From NCBI GenBank assembly GCA_963667015.2, contig CAXXJJ010000001.1:960001-1024000 (forward strand): a stretch of 64,000 nucleotides of DNA, given 5' to 3'. The DNA is from Desulfatiglandales bacterium (GTDB lineage Bacteria; Desulfobacterota; DSM-4660; Desulfatiglandales; HGW-15). Positions 27,646 to 38,834 of this stretch are shown here, piece by piece (the stretch's first letter is position 1; every line of letters begins with the position of its first letter). Position numbers and translations under genes: made by a program. Under the pieces are notes generated by a model that was not told the origin of the DNA, made no database searches, and worked only from the letters and a program-made list of their open reading frames with translations.

Positions 27646-29115
27646 ATGATAATGAGCAAAATAGCAAAAGATAGCTTTACTCTAATATTCGGACGGGGAA
27701 TAGGTTTTTTAATTTCAGTGATTACACCAATTATTCTCGTCAGAGCATTTACCGTGCCTGAATATGGCGAATACAGGCAGATAATGCTTATCATAACTAC
27801 TGTTGCAGCGATATTACCTTTAGGCATGATAAACAGTTTATACTACTTTTTCCCACATTTTCCGGATGAAAAGCAAGTATACTTGTCAAGGACTGTTTTA
27901 TTACTTTTTTTTAATGGCCTTGTTTTTTCGATTTTTATGTTATTTATGGGTGACAGCCTTGCTATGTTTTTTAAAAATCGTGCCTTTATCCATTATGATA
28001 TGTATATTGGAATTGCCACATTTTTATTCGCACTTTCCATGGCCATTGAAACTATTCTAATTATTGATGATGATGTGAAATTGTCATCAATAATACTTGT
28101 TATCACAAGGGCTATCAGGGCTCTCACAGTAATAGTGTGCGCATTCCTAGGAGGGCCATTGATTATACTTTATGGGCTTATCTTTTTTTTTGGTGGCAAA
28201 GCGATTTTTTCTTTAATTTATTTTTATAAGAAATACAGAATTTCAATAAAAAGTCTGGATATAAAAAATTCAGATTCTCATATCAGATATGCAGTTCCTC
28301 TAGGTTTCAGTGGACTTTTTATCCTCCTATCGGAAGTTTCAGATAAATTCATTGTTTCAAATATGTTGGGTAAAGAGATTTTTGCTGTTTATGCTGTAGG
28401 CTGTTATGAGTTGCCATTTATCGCAATAATATTTGGTTCAATAGGGGATGTTGTTTTACCTAAGATCGTAGAGTTAAAAAGACTGAACGATATGGATGGT
28501 GTTATTAGACTTTGGCATAGTGCAATTAAAAAATCTATGTTGATAGGTATACCTGTGTACATTTTTTTTCTTACTTTCGCAGATATATTTATAACAACAG
28601 TTTTTACTTCGAAATATTCTGATGCCGTAATTCTATTCCGCATATCTATCAGTATCATTATACTTGAATCGTTGCGGTATGGCATGATCACAAGGGGATA
28701 CGCAAGAACAAAATTTATGTTTATTGTTACCGCAATTGGTTACATCATTATGTTGCCGGCATGTATTCTGGGTACTTATTATTATCAAATGATCGGAGCA
28801 ATTACATCCGTTATTATTACAAGAGTACTTGTTGTGTTGTCTGAGATCACTTATTCAAAATACATATTATCGTGTACATTTCGCGGACTCCTTCCATATA
28901 AATACACCGTTATTATCCTGTTGCTATCAGTTATTTCAGCGATTATTACCTTTATTATTTCATTAGGTTTCATCGGAATTAATAACTGGATTAGACTATT
29001 CACCGTCCTTATTATTTTTATTTCAGTCTATTCTGGGATTACTTTATATTTTAAATTCTGGAAAATATATGATTTGCCTTTTATTATGAAATTTAAAAAA
29101 ATATTAAGGGGCTAG
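27646..29115 (+). CDS. Oligosaccharide flippase (Wzx)
   Basis: Many TM helices; 'PIILVRAFTVPEYGEY', 'SDKFIVSNMLG'. Confidence 0.87.
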   Translation: MIMSKIAKDSFTLIFGRGIGFLISVITPIILVRAFTVPEYGEYRQIMLIITTVAAILPLGMINSLYYFFPHFPDEKQVYLSRTVLLLFFNGLVFSIFMLFMGDSLAMFFKNRAFIHYDMYIGIATFLFALSMAIETILIIDDDVKLSSIILVITRAIRALTVIVCAFLGGPLIILYGLIFFFGGKAIFSLIYFYKKYRISIKSLDIKNSDSHIRYAVPLGFSGLFILLSEVSDKFIVSNMLGKEIFAVYAVGCYELPFIAIIFGSIGDVVLPKIVELKRLNDMDGVIRLWHSAIKKSMLIGIPVYIFFLTFADIFITTVFTSKYSDAVILFRISISIIILESLRYGMITRGYARTKFMFIVTAIGYIIMLPACILGTYYYQMIGAITSVIITRVLVVLSEITYSKYILSCTFRGLLPYKYTVIILLLSVISAIITFIISLGFIGINNWIRLFTVLIIFISVYSGITLYFKFWKIYDLPFIMKFKKILRG

Positions 29116-29175
29116 ACTGGGATCCATATCAATTATTAATAACCTTACTATGATATTAGGAATTAATTAAAAAAT

Positions 29176-30375
29176 ATGAAGATACTATATCACCATCGAA
29201 CACAAAGAAAGTTGGTTGAAGGTGTACATATTTCAGGTGTAATAAATGGATTGTTAAAATTAGGTCACAGCGTTTTTGAACTCTCATTAGTAAAAGATAG
29301 CAATGCTGGAAAAGAGGCCGAGAAAAATAATGATGACAAAAAAGTCAGTTTTATTTCTGGAATATTTCAAAAATTTGCGAAGAATGCCCCTAATATATTA
29401 TTCAGGATTGCTGAAATAGGCTATAATTTTATAGCAATAATAAAATTTTTTAAAATAATTCTTAAGGAAAAACCGGACATCATCTATGAAAGGTATGCAT
29501 ATTTTAATTTTTCCGGAGTCTTAGTTTCCAAAGTCCTAAATGTGCCACTTATCCTAGAGGTCAATATTGTATCAGAGATGCAGGATACGAGGGCGATGGC
29601 TCTTTCATGGATGGCTTTAATTATTGAGAAATGGGTATTGAGTTCAGCATCTGCTATCACGGTAGTTTCAGATTATTTAAAAGATATTCTTTTAAATGAA
29701 GGTATAACCCGGCCTATTTTTGTTCAACCGAATGCCTTTTCCATTGATCTTGCTGTTGAAGAAATAACACCTGCCAATATTCAAAAGGAAACATATGATT
29801 TTGTAAATCATAAGAATGAAAATAATATTGTTATTGGTTTTATCGGTGGACTGGGCAAATGGTATAAACTGGATAGTCTTATTAAGGTTTTTAATTCTTT
29901 ATCCTCTGAATTACCAGAATTACGCCTGATATTTATCGGTGACGGAATACTCAAAAGGGACTTAGAAGCCATGGTTGCTCATTATTCCTTAATTGATAAA
30001 GTACACTTTTGCGGTAGATTGGCAAGGCCACAAGCTTTGGCATTGTTAAAAATATGTGATATTGGAGTGATCCCGTCTACTAATTTATGGGGTTCTCCCA
30101 TGAAATTATTTGAATACATGGGTATGGGCTTACCTGTAGTTGCCCCTGATATTAAAGTAATTACATCAATAATGAAGGATGGTATTCATGGGCGAAATTT
30201 TAAATATGATGACTTTAATGATCTTAAAGCGATGCTTAAAAGTTTGATTATAGATCATGATTTAAGAGTTAAGATGGGCCGACAGGCGAGAAATCATATA
30301 CTGTTGAATCATACCTGGGATAATGTTGCTAAAAATGTTGAATCAATTGCATTTAATCTTTTAGAAAGTAGTTGA
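29176..30375 (+). CDS. Glycosyltransferase family 4
   Basis: GT-B fold; SPMKLFEYMGMGLPVV. Confidence 0.9.
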   Translation: MKILYHHRTQRKLVEGVHISGVINGLLKLGHSVFELSLVKDSNAGKEAEKNNDDKKVSFISGIFQKFAKNAPNILFRIAEIGYNFIAIIKFFKIILKEKPDIIYERYAYFNFSGVLVSKVLNVPLILEVNIVSEMQDTRAMALSWMALIIEKWVLSSASAITVVSDYLKDILLNEGITRPIFVQPNAFSIDLAVEEITPANIQKETYDFVNHKNENNIVIGFIGGLGKWYKLDSLIKVFNSLSSELPELRLIFIGDGILKRDLEAMVAHYSLIDKVHFCGRLARPQALALLKICDIGVIPSTNLWGSPMKLFEYMGMGLPVVAPDIKVITSIMKDGIHGRNFKYDDFNDLKAMLKSLIIDHDLRVKMGRQARNHILLNHTWDNVAKNVESIAFNLLESS

Positions 30376-30384
30376 GACTTAATT

Positions 30385-31464
30385 ATGGGGAAAAAAAATT
30401 TATCAATCTGGCTGCCTCATTATCTGAAACAAAATTTGCTTTCATGTATCAGACATCGTGTTACTGGGCTAAAGCACATCTTATTTTTATTCGTCGATCA
30501 CTTTGAGCTTGCGGGGAAATCACCAAGATTATCAGAATGGTTAGTCAATTATCCTAAGATTGCCCTAAAACATCAAGATGCTGAGGGGCAATCTCCAAAA
30601 CATACCTGGTTTTATGCGTTAGATCTTCTTCGGGAACCAGAACTTGAGCAGATGCAGGTTTTTATTCAGCAAAACCTTGGAGAAGTGGAATTGCATTGGC
30701 ATCATGCTAATGAATCATCGGAGACCTTTCAGGAAAAATTAGAATATGGATTACCTATTTATCAGAAGTATGGGTATATGCGTACTTCTCCTAATGATAC
30801 TAAAAATAAAGGTTGCTTTGGTTTTATTCATGGAAACTGGTCTCTTGATAATTCCTGTGGAGATGAATTTTGCGGCGTGAATAATGAGATTGAACTTCTA
30901 ATTAAAGCGGGTTGTTATGGTGATTTTACATTCCCTGCCCTGTATTCTCCTGCTCAGCCATCTATCATTAATTCAATATATTATGCAATAGATGATGGGA
31001 AACCCAAAAGTTACAATAAAGGCAGAATTTCACGGGTTGGAGTTGGTGAAAAAGAAAATGAACTTATGATATTTGAAGGACCATTAACAATAAACTGGAA
31101 GGATTGGAGATTCAAATGGCATCCGATGTTTGAGAATGGAGATATCGGAAGCAGTCTATCTCATAATGACCCCAAAAGAATAGATGCTTGGATTAGAAAT
31201 GGAGCTTTTGTAAAAGGCCGACCTGATTGGGTTTTTGTGAAAGTGTTTTGTCATGGCGGTCAGGACTATGCATCTGTACTCAGCAATACTACTGATGAAA
31301 TGTTCTCATATCTTGAGAAAAAATATAATGATGGTCATAATTATCAACTGCACTATATTACCTCGAGGGAAGCGTATAATATTGTGAAAGCTGCAGAAGA
31401 TGGGCACTCGGGTAATCCAAATGATTTTCGAAATTATAAAATTCCCTTTCCTGAAATTGATTAA
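30385..31464 (+). CDS. Conserved hypothetical protein (possibly deacetylase-like metalloenzyme)
   Basis: VDHFE, ELHWHH, FIHGNWSLDNS, GCYGDFTFP; no confident family assignment. Confidence 0.6.
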   Translation: MGKKNLSIWLPHYLKQNLLSCIRHRVTGLKHILFLFVDHFELAGKSPRLSEWLVNYPKIALKHQDAEGQSPKHTWFYALDLLREPELEQMQVFIQQNLGEVELHWHHANESSETFQEKLEYGLPIYQKYGYMRTSPNDTKNKGCFGFIHGNWSLDNSCGDEFCGVNNEIELLIKAGCYGDFTFPALYSPAQPSIINSIYYAIDDGKPKSYNKGRISRVGVGEKENELMIFEGPLTINWKDWRFKWHPMFENGDIGSSLSHNDPKRIDAWIRNGAFVKGRPDWVFVKVFCHGGQDYASVLSNTTDEMFSYLEKKYNDGHNYQLHYITSREAYNIVKAAEDGHSGNPNDFRNYKIPFPEID

Positions 31465-31678
31465 AATGTTTGAATATATTTTTATACAAACTCGCGTTGC
31501 TATGATGGGATCAGGTTATAGAAAATTTGTCTCGTCAAACCGTTCTTACCTTTATTGTGATCAAAATAAATAAAATCAAAAGCAGTCTGGTGAACTCGGA
31601 TATTAATTCGCCGGTTGTCTTAAAATATTGCACCCTTAATATTAGATTTATATAGTTCAATTAGTATAGAGAGGTTTT

Positions 31679-32809
31679 ATGAATAAAAAAATCCATATTA
31701 TGCATTTAGTACTATCTCTTGAAGTTGGGGGATTGGAGAATGGGATAGTTAACCTGATAAATAATATGGATAATAAAAGGTTTAAAGTCTCAGTTTGCTG
31801 TCTTGAAAAAATTGGTGAATTATCGGACCGGATAGATGAAAATAGAAAACATATTTTTATTGTACAAAAAGATGGGAGGATGAGAATAAAAGATGTGAGG
31901 GGACTTGCTAGGCTCTTAAAAGAGCAGCAGGTTGATATTCTCCATACTCATAGCTATGGAACTCTCCTGAGAGGATTTATAAGTGCTAGATTGGCTGGAG
32001 TGCCAGTAATAATACATGGTGAGCATGGTATTCTGTATACAGATAAATTCAGAAGAGTAATTGCCCAGAAAATTCTTTTAAGGATGGTTGATTGCACTAT
32101 CACAGTTTCAAAGGATCTACAATCTCGCATAGCCAGAGATTTTAATGTGAAAGAGAAACTCTTCATCCCCATTATTAACGGTGTTGACTTCTCAAAATTC
32201 AATCATCGGCAAGGAAAATCTTCTATAAGTGTTCGTGAGGAGCTTGGGATTGATGATAAGGCTGTTCTTATTGGCTCAATTGGTCGTCTTGTGGATGTGA
32301 AAAATTACCCATTGTTAATTAATGTAATAAATGAATTTGTGATCAAGGGATTGGATATCTACCTGATAATAGTAGGTGATGGCCCAGTGAAGGTTAAATT
32401 ACAGCAGGGTATTAAAGATTATGGATTGAATGATAGAGTATTTCTGCCCGGACGAAAAGACAATATACCAGACTATCTCTCTGCTTTTGATATTTTTGTA
32501 TTGACTTCCGATTTTGAGGGGATTTCAAATACTATTTTAGAAGCTATGGCTTGTGGGGTCCCCGTTGTAGCAACTAATGTTGGCGGTACTCCCGAAATTG
32601 TTGATGATGGAAATACCGGATTATTAGTTAAACCACGCAATAAAAATGAACTTTTTAACTCTCTAAAAAAATTATATGACGATCCACCTTTGCGGCAAAA
32701 GATGGGTGAAAGTGCGATAAATGCAATAGCTGAAAAATTCAGTTTGATGAGGATGGTTAATGAGTATGAGAATATATACACACAATTTTATAATAAAAGA
32801 AAGCACTAG
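31679..32809 (+). CDS. Glycosyltransferase family 4 (PEP-CTERM-associated type)
   Basis: GGLENGIVNL, HGEHG, EGISNTILEAMA. Confidence 0.9.
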   Translation: MNKKIHIMHLVLSLEVGGLENGIVNLINNMDNKRFKVSVCCLEKIGELSDRIDENRKHIFIVQKDGRMRIKDVRGLARLLKEQQVDILHTHSYGTLLRGFISARLAGVPVIIHGEHGILYTDKFRRVIAQKILLRMVDCTITVSKDLQSRIARDFNVKEKLFIPIINGVDFSKFNHRQGKSSISVREELGIDDKAVLIGSIGRLVDVKNYPLLINVINEFVIKGLDIYLIIVGDGPVKVKLQQGIKDYGLNDRVFLPGRKDNIPDYLSAFDIFVLTSDFEGISNTILEAMACGVPVVATNVGGTPEIVDDGNTGLLVKPRNKNELFNSLKKLYDDPPLRQKMGESAINAIAEKFSLMRMVNEYENIYTQFYNKRKH

Positions 32810-32864
32810 TTTTCTTGATTATGATAAGTATGTTCATACTGGAAGATAGGAGAGCCTAATATAT

Positions 32865-34733
32865 ATGTGTGGAATTTGCGGGATATATAATTTTAAAAGC
32901 AATACGCCTGTTAGCTCTGATCAGATTAGTAAAATGTATGGGGTTATGAAATACAGAGGCCCTGATGATGAAGGATATTATATCGATAATATTAGTCCCC
33001 TTGGCTTTGGCCATTGTCGGCTCAGTATATTGGATACTTCAAGCAAGGGTAGGCAACCCATGATTAGTGATGATGGGACAATTATTTTGACGTATAATGG
33101 CGAAGTCTATAATTATGTTGAACTAAGGGAGAGACTGCTTTCTAAAGGGTATCATTTTTCAACCGGTACTGATACAGAAGTAATAATTCAGATGTACCGT
33201 GAATACGGTGAAGGCTGTCTTGATTTCTTTATAGGTATGTTTTCATTTGCTCTATGGGATAAAAAAAATAATAAACTTTTTATGGCACGCGATAGGCTGG
33301 GCATAAAGCCTTTTTATTATTCAATTACAGATGATGGTATAGTCTTCGCATCTGAAATAAAATCCATTCTTACCGCCCTGAGTGTAAAGCCAGAAGCCAA
33401 TTATAGTGCTCTGGATTCTTATATGTCTTTCGGCTATGTCCCTGGTGAAAACACAACATTCAATAATATACATAAAATGCTTCCAGGCAGATATATGTCA
33501 ATATCGGATAATTATATTCAGATCAGACAATACTGGAAGCTTAACTTTAATGAAGAGGCTGACAGGGGTGAAACATATTATATTGAAAAGACAAAAGAGC
33601 TAATTTTTGATGCTTCAAAAATTAGATTAAGAAGTGATGTTCCACTTGGCGTCTTTTTAAGCGGTGGAATAGACTCAAGTACTGTTGTTGCTTTACTCGC
33701 CGGTGAACTCACAGAACCTATTAAAACCTTTTCGGTGGCTTATGACAAAGGCAATGATTTTGATGAAACAGAATATGCGAGGCTAATATCAAATAAATTT
33801 AAAACGGATCATCATGAATTTTATGTTTCTCCTTATGAATTTCGTGATTTGATTCCCAAATATGTATGGCATATGGATGAGCCTGTAGCTGAAGCTGCAT
33901 CTATTTCTCTATACCTTATTGCAAAACTGGCCAGAGAATTTGTGACTGTTGTATTATCTGGGGAAGGTTCTGATGAGATGTTTGCCGGCTATAAAATTTA
34001 TTACTACATGGCCGCGATGGAATTATATCGGAAAATTCCTGGGAAGGTGAGAGAAAAAATACTTGATCCCCTTGCTGGAATGGTCAGTAAAAAGAAATTA
34101 TCCAGATTTATTCAGCTTGCTAAGAAACCCCTGTCTTTAAGGTATCTGGGTGTTCCTCTATATGATTTAGCGTTAAAGGAGAGTCTTTATACAAAAGAAT
34201 TTAATCTGGAAATTAATAGTAGTGTAATGGATATCATTAATCCGTTTTATGAAGAGTGTAGAGGGCAGAACCCGGTAAATCAGATGCTCAATCTTGATAT
34301 TAAAACATGGCTTCCTGATGACCTCCTAATAAAGGCAGATAGAATGAGCATGGCTCAGTCACTGGAATTAAGGGTTCCTTTTCTTGATCATCGAATTGCT
34401 GAGTTTGCAGCCAGGATGCCTGTGAGATACAAATTAAAGGGTAAATCAACAAAATATATCCTTAAAAAAGCTATGGAAGGCTTATTACCGGAAGAAATAA
34501 TCTATAGACCCAAAAAAGGATTTCCTACTCCACTCAAACTTATGTTTCAAAATGAACTGGTAGATTATGCAAAACAAGTTCTATTGGATACCCAAACAAA
34601 TCAACGTGGTTATTTTAATTTGTCTTCAGTTGAAAAGATGCTTGATGATCATAAGAATGGTGTTTTAAACCATGAAAAAATCATATGGCAGTTGATTGTT
34701 CTTGAAGAATGGCATAGATGCTTTATTGATTAA
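32865..34733 (+). CDS. asnB: Second asparagine synthase-like amidotransferase
   Basis: MCGICG, RGPD, LSGGIDS, LSGEGSDE, RVPFLD. Confidence 0.92.
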   Translation: MCGICGIYNFKSNTPVSSDQISKMYGVMKYRGPDDEGYYIDNISPLGFGHCRLSILDTSSKGRQPMISDDGTIILTYNGEVYNYVELRERLLSKGYHFSTGTDTEVIIQMYREYGEGCLDFFIGMFSFALWDKKNNKLFMARDRLGIKPFYYSITDDGIVFASEIKSILTALSVKPEANYSALDSYMSFGYVPGENTTFNNIHKMLPGRYMSISDNYIQIRQYWKLNFNEEADRGETYYIEKTKELIFDASKIRLRSDVPLGVFLSGGIDSSTVVALLAGELTEPIKTFSVAYDKGNDFDETEYARLISNKFKTDHHEFYVSPYEFRDLIPKYVWHMDEPVAEAASISLYLIAKLAREFVTVVLSGEGSDEMFAGYKIYYYMAAMELYRKIPGKVREKILDPLAGMVSKKKLSRFIQLAKKPLSLRYLGVPLYDLALKESLYTKEFNLEINSSVMDIINPFYEECRGQNPVNQMLNLDIKTWLPDDLLIKADRMSMAQSLELRVPFLDHRIAEFAARMPVRYKLKGKSTKYILKKAMEGLLPEEIIYRPKKGFPTPLKLMFQNELVDYAKQVLLDTQTNQRGYFNLSSVEKMLDDHKNGVLNHEKIIWQLIVLEEWHRCFID

Positions 34734-34738
34734 ATGAG

Positions 34739-35902
34739 ATGAATATACTGTTTTTAAGTCATATGTTCCCCAGTCCGGTACGACCTGTAATGGGAACTTT
34801 TGTACTGGATCTTGCCAGATATATTAACAAAAAAGAGAACGTAACAATTCTTTCTCCAGTACCTGTATTCCCATGGAGTCATAAAACAGAAAAATATAAA
34901 GATTATGATATGATACCACGCAAGTTATGTTTGGAGGGTTTAAATGTTTATTACCCACGTTTTTTTATGATTCCCAAATTTTTAAAAAGTACAGATGGTT
35001 TTTTTTATGCGGTATGTGTTTTCCTTCAGGCAATCAGATATTTAATAAAGACGGATTTAATTATTGCTCATTGGACCTTCCCGGATGCGTTTTCCTGCAT
35101 TATCTGGAAAAGATTGATTAAACGAAAATTAGTACTTGTCGTGCATGGAAATGAGAGCATTCATTACTATGAACCTCCATCATTAAAAAAATATTTGATA
35201 GGTAAAACCATAAAAAATGTTGATCATATTGTTGCAGTAAGTAATGATTTAAGAAAAAAAATAATAGAAAAATATAAGGTGCCATCAAATAAAATTTCCG
35301 TGATACCCAACGGTGTTGATTTTAACAAGTTTGTACCAAAGAATAAGAAAGACGCCCGAAAAAAATTGAATCTGCCTGTTGGAAAAAAAATATTTATTAC
35401 AGTCGCTAGACTTTCACCCGAAAAGAATCTTTCTCTTCTTCTTGATGCTTTTTCAATGATAAAAAAAGAGTCGCAACCTTTACTATACATAATAGGTGAT
35501 GGCCCCGAGTTTAAAAGCCTTTATGCAAAAATCAAATCTGAGAATATGGAAAATAATGTTAATCTGATGGGAGCGATACCTCATGAGGAGATCCATCTCT
35601 GGATGAGTGCCGCCGATTTTTTTGTACTGCCCTCCAAGAGAGAAGGAACTCCTGTTGTCATCGGAGAGGCTTTCGCGTGTGGAACGCCTGTTATAGCTTC
35701 GAGCGTGGGTGGAATTCCCGATTTGATTAATAGTAATGAATTGGGGATATTAACTCAACCGGATTCTGTCTCATCATTGTGTGAAGCATTACGAACAGCA
35801 TTGAAAAAAGAATGGGATCGTGAAGTAATAAAAGATGCTGGTTTAAAGCTTGACTGGAAAGATATTGCGGATAGATATCTGGAAGTTATTCATAGCGTTT
35901 AA
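34739..35902 (+). CDS. Glycosyltransferase family 4 (TuaC-like)
   Basis: EGTPVVIGEAFACGTPV. Confidence 0.88.
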   Translation: MNILFLSHMFPSPVRPVMGTFVLDLARYINKKENVTILSPVPVFPWSHKTEKYKDYDMIPRKLCLEGLNVYYPRFFMIPKFLKSTDGFFYAVCVFLQAIRYLIKTDLIIAHWTFPDAFSCIIWKRLIKRKLVLVVHGNESIHYYEPPSLKKYLIGKTIKNVDHIVAVSNDLRKKIIEKYKVPSNKISVIPNGVDFNKFVPKNKKDARKKLNLPVGKKIFITVARLSPEKNLSLLLDAFSMIKKESQPLLYIIGDGPEFKSLYAKIKSENMENNVNLMGAIPHEEIHLWMSAADFFVLPSKREGTPVVIGEAFACGTPVIASSVGGIPDLINSNELGILTQPDSVSSLCEALRTALKKEWDREVIKDAGLKLDWKDIADRYLEVIHSV

Positions 35903-36032
35903 TTAGAAACGAACATTGGAATCAGTATTTTTAAATATGATTAACAGAAAGATTATTTATCTTTCTTTCATGATAATATGTATGAATTGGGATGGCATGG
36001 ATTCTCAGAATCCAACCTTGAGGTAAATACGC

Positions 36033-36599
36033 ATGAGAGCATTTTTTGTCGATCTGCAACGGTATAGGGTTTTATTAGATAGTAACCGATTTTTCAATAT
36101 CTTGTACCTTATTCTATTCACTCCTGCTATATGGGTATTATTTTCATATAGGCTAGGCAGATGGGTAAGAAACAATTTAGGCATTCGTATATTGCAAATT
36201 CCTCTTAAAATCATAACACTGATATTCCATTTTTTTAACTGTGTATTTACAGGTATTGAGATTCCTTTTGAGGCCCAAATTGGTGAGGGATTTCATATAT
36301 CCCATTACAGCGGAATTGTAATTAGCCCCAAAGCAAAAATTGGTAAGTTTTGTAATATCGGCCCGGGTGTTGTTATTGGTGAGGCAGGAAGGCAAAGGCC
36401 CAAAAAGGCCCCGGAAATAGGTGATTATGTCTATATGGGGGCTGGAGCGAAAATACTCGGTGGTGTCAATGTGAAAAATAATGTCGCGATAGGCGCAAAT
36501 TCGGTGGTAACAAAGGATGTTCCTGAAAACGCGACTGTAGCAGGAAATCCTGCTGTGGTGATCAATCATAAAGGTAGTTTGGATTTTATAAAAATATAG
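36033..36599 (+). CDS. Serine O-acetyltransferase-like LbH acetyltransferase
   Basis: Hexapeptide repeats, IGANSVVTKDVP, AGNPA. Confidence 0.87.
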   Translation: MRAFFVDLQRYRVLLDSNRFFNILYLILFTPAIWVLFSYRLGRWVRNNLGIRILQIPLKIITLIFHFFNCVFTGIEIPFEAQIGEGFHISHYSGIVISPKAKIGKFCNIGPGVVIGEAGRQRPKKAPEIGDYVYMGAGAKILGGVNVKNNVAIGANSVVTKDVPENATVAGNPAVVINHKGSLDFIKI

Positions 36600-36755
36600 G
36601 GTCCTTTCAATAATCAATATATTCAAATCCTTTTCATTTACTGAAGCCTTTCATTGCCCGCTGAAAATCATACGAACAGGATTGCTTAAAGTTTATTTCT
36701 GCTCTTTTTAGGCATAATTCTAAGTTTTCTAATTAAACGAAATCAGGAAATTATT

Positions 36756-38450
36756 ATGAGAAAAAAATTGCGAGTTGGACTTTTACTGGATAACTATAAT
36801 GTCTCTGCTTGGACAATGAAGATGCTACAGAATATTATAAATAGCGATTTTGCGGAAATATGTTTAGTTGTCATAAATGCGAATGAAAATAAGAAGAAAA
36901 CAAAAAATAAATTATATTTAAAATTAATTAAAAAACGTGGTCAGATTTTTCATCTTTTAATCAGAAGTATTCTTGAGTTTATGTATCGTTTTTTTATTGA
37001 AAGAAACACATATCTTCCTGATGCAACAAAACAAATTAATTGTGAGTCACTGTTGGAGTTATTCCCATTAATTAAGGCTAGAACAATTAGAAAAAAATGG
37101 GTGGATTATTTTTGTGAGAATGATATTGAAAAAATTCATGAGCATAATATTGACATTCTGGTCAGATGTGGATTTGGTATTTTGAGGGGTGAGATATTAA
37201 AAGTCGCAAAATATGGAGTATGGTCATTTCATCATGGTGATAATTTTTGCAACAGAGGTGGCCCTGCTGGTTTTTGGGAATCAATGGAGAGTTGGCCTGA
37301 AACTGGATCCATGTTGCAAATTTTAACCGAAGATTTGGATAATGGCGCGGTTATTTACAGGTCATATTCATGCACAAATAACATGTCTGTTTCAGATAAT
37401 AAAAACAATTATTTTTGGAAATCGTTGTCTTTTATGACACGTAAAATGGAAGAGTTATACCGCGACGGGGAAGAAAAATTTTTTAAAAAAGTAGAGTATG
37501 AAAATAGACACCCTATCTTTTATTCCAAACGGTTATACACAAAACCGACAAATTTTGAATATGCTAAATTAATATTAAATAAAATAAAAGAAAAAGCGAT
37601 TTTATTATGTAAGAGAAAGATTTTTATGGAGCAATGGGTTTTAATGTTTGATATAAAAAGTGATTTTTCATTATCTTTATATCGCTATAAAAAACTATTA
37701 CCTCCTAAAGATAGGTTCTGGGCGGATCCACACGTTTTTTACAAAAATAATAAATATTTCGTTTTTATTGAAGAGTATATCTATGATTTAAAAAAAGGCC
37801 ATATTTCACTAATCACTATTGATGAAAATGGTTGTTGTAGCAAGCCGGAAATAATTTTGGACAAACCCTACCACCTCTCATATCCTTTTATTTTTGAATA
37901 CAACAATTGTGCTTATATGATTCCTGAGTCAATTGGAAACCAATCTATAGATTTATACAAATGTGTTGAATTCCCAAATAGATGGGAATTTCAGATGAAT
38001 CTTATGGATAATATAAAAGCAGTAGATTCTACAGTTTTTTATTACAATGATAAATGGTGGCTTTTCACAAATATTATTGAAAATGAGGGGGCTTCAAGTT
38101 GGGATGAACTTTTTCTTTTTTATTCGAGTGATTTGTTTACCAATAATTGGATTCCTCATCCTCAAAATCCAATTGTTTCGGATTGTAAATCAGCAAGGCC
38201 AGCGGGAAAATTATTTTTTGAAAATGGTAAATTATATAGACCATCACAAAATTGTTCTAATAGATACGGTTACGGATTTAATATTAGTGAGGTAAAAGTT
38301 ATTAATGAAAATATATATTCAGAAACTCTTGTGTCGAGTGTCTTGCCTGATTGGGATAAATCCGTTCTAGGGACTCATACATTTAATCGTGTAAATTCAC
38401 TTCATATAATCGATGCTCAATATAGAAGGCAAAAGTTTTGGTTTGAATGA
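36756..38450 (+). CDS. Formyltransferase-like N-domain fused to a beta-propeller glycoside-hydrolase-like domain
   Basis: WSFHHGD...RGGPAGFWE...DLDNG; C-terminal WADP, HLSYPF, YMIPES, RPAG, YRPSQ. Confidence 0.65.
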   Translation: MRKKLRVGLLLDNYNVSAWTMKMLQNIINSDFAEICLVVINANENKKKTKNKLYLKLIKKRGQIFHLLIRSILEFMYRFFIERNTYLPDATKQINCESLLELFPLIKARTIRKKWVDYFCENDIEKIHEHNIDILVRCGFGILRGEILKVAKYGVWSFHHGDNFCNRGGPAGFWESMESWPETGSMLQILTEDLDNGAVIYRSYSCTNNMSVSDNKNNYFWKSLSFMTRKMEELYRDGEEKFFKKVEYENRHPIFYSKRLYTKPTNFEYAKLILNKIKEKAILLCKRKIFMEQWVLMFDIKSDFSLSLYRYKKLLPPKDRFWADPHVFYKNNKYFVFIEEYIYDLKKGHISLITIDENGCCSKPEIILDKPYHLSYPFIFEYNNCAYMIPESIGNQSIDLYKCVEFPNRWEFQMNLMDNIKAVDSTVFYYNDKWWLFTNIIENEGASSWDELFLFYSSDLFTNNWIPHPQNPIVSDCKSARPAGKLFFENGKLYRPSQNCSNRYGYGFNISEVKVINENIYSETLVSSVLPDWDKSVLGTHTFNRVNSLHIIDAQYRRQKFWFE

Positions 38451-38834
38451 AAGAAAAATTAATAAGTTGTGCTTGTATTTATTTTATCAATTTGGGGATA
38501 ATTATTAAATAAAAGTATGTGTTGAATATAAAATATTATAAATAACTGACAATTAATTGTTTTTAGAGAAAGGCCAATATTGAGACTCATAAATATTATT
38601 TTCAATTTAGTACAATGCCCCAAATGTTTTGAGCATCCTATTAAAACTATATAGTATTTTTTAAGTATCGGTTTAATGTTTATTCACATTATTGCATAGT
38701 TTTTAATATTAAAATGTGCTTCTAACCTTATGGCAGTTATATAATCATCCAGTTGCATGAAATGAAAATTTTCAGCATAGGTGGAATGTCCAGGTGAAGA
38801 ATAAAGTAAGGAATATTAAAATGGAAGGAGATGT

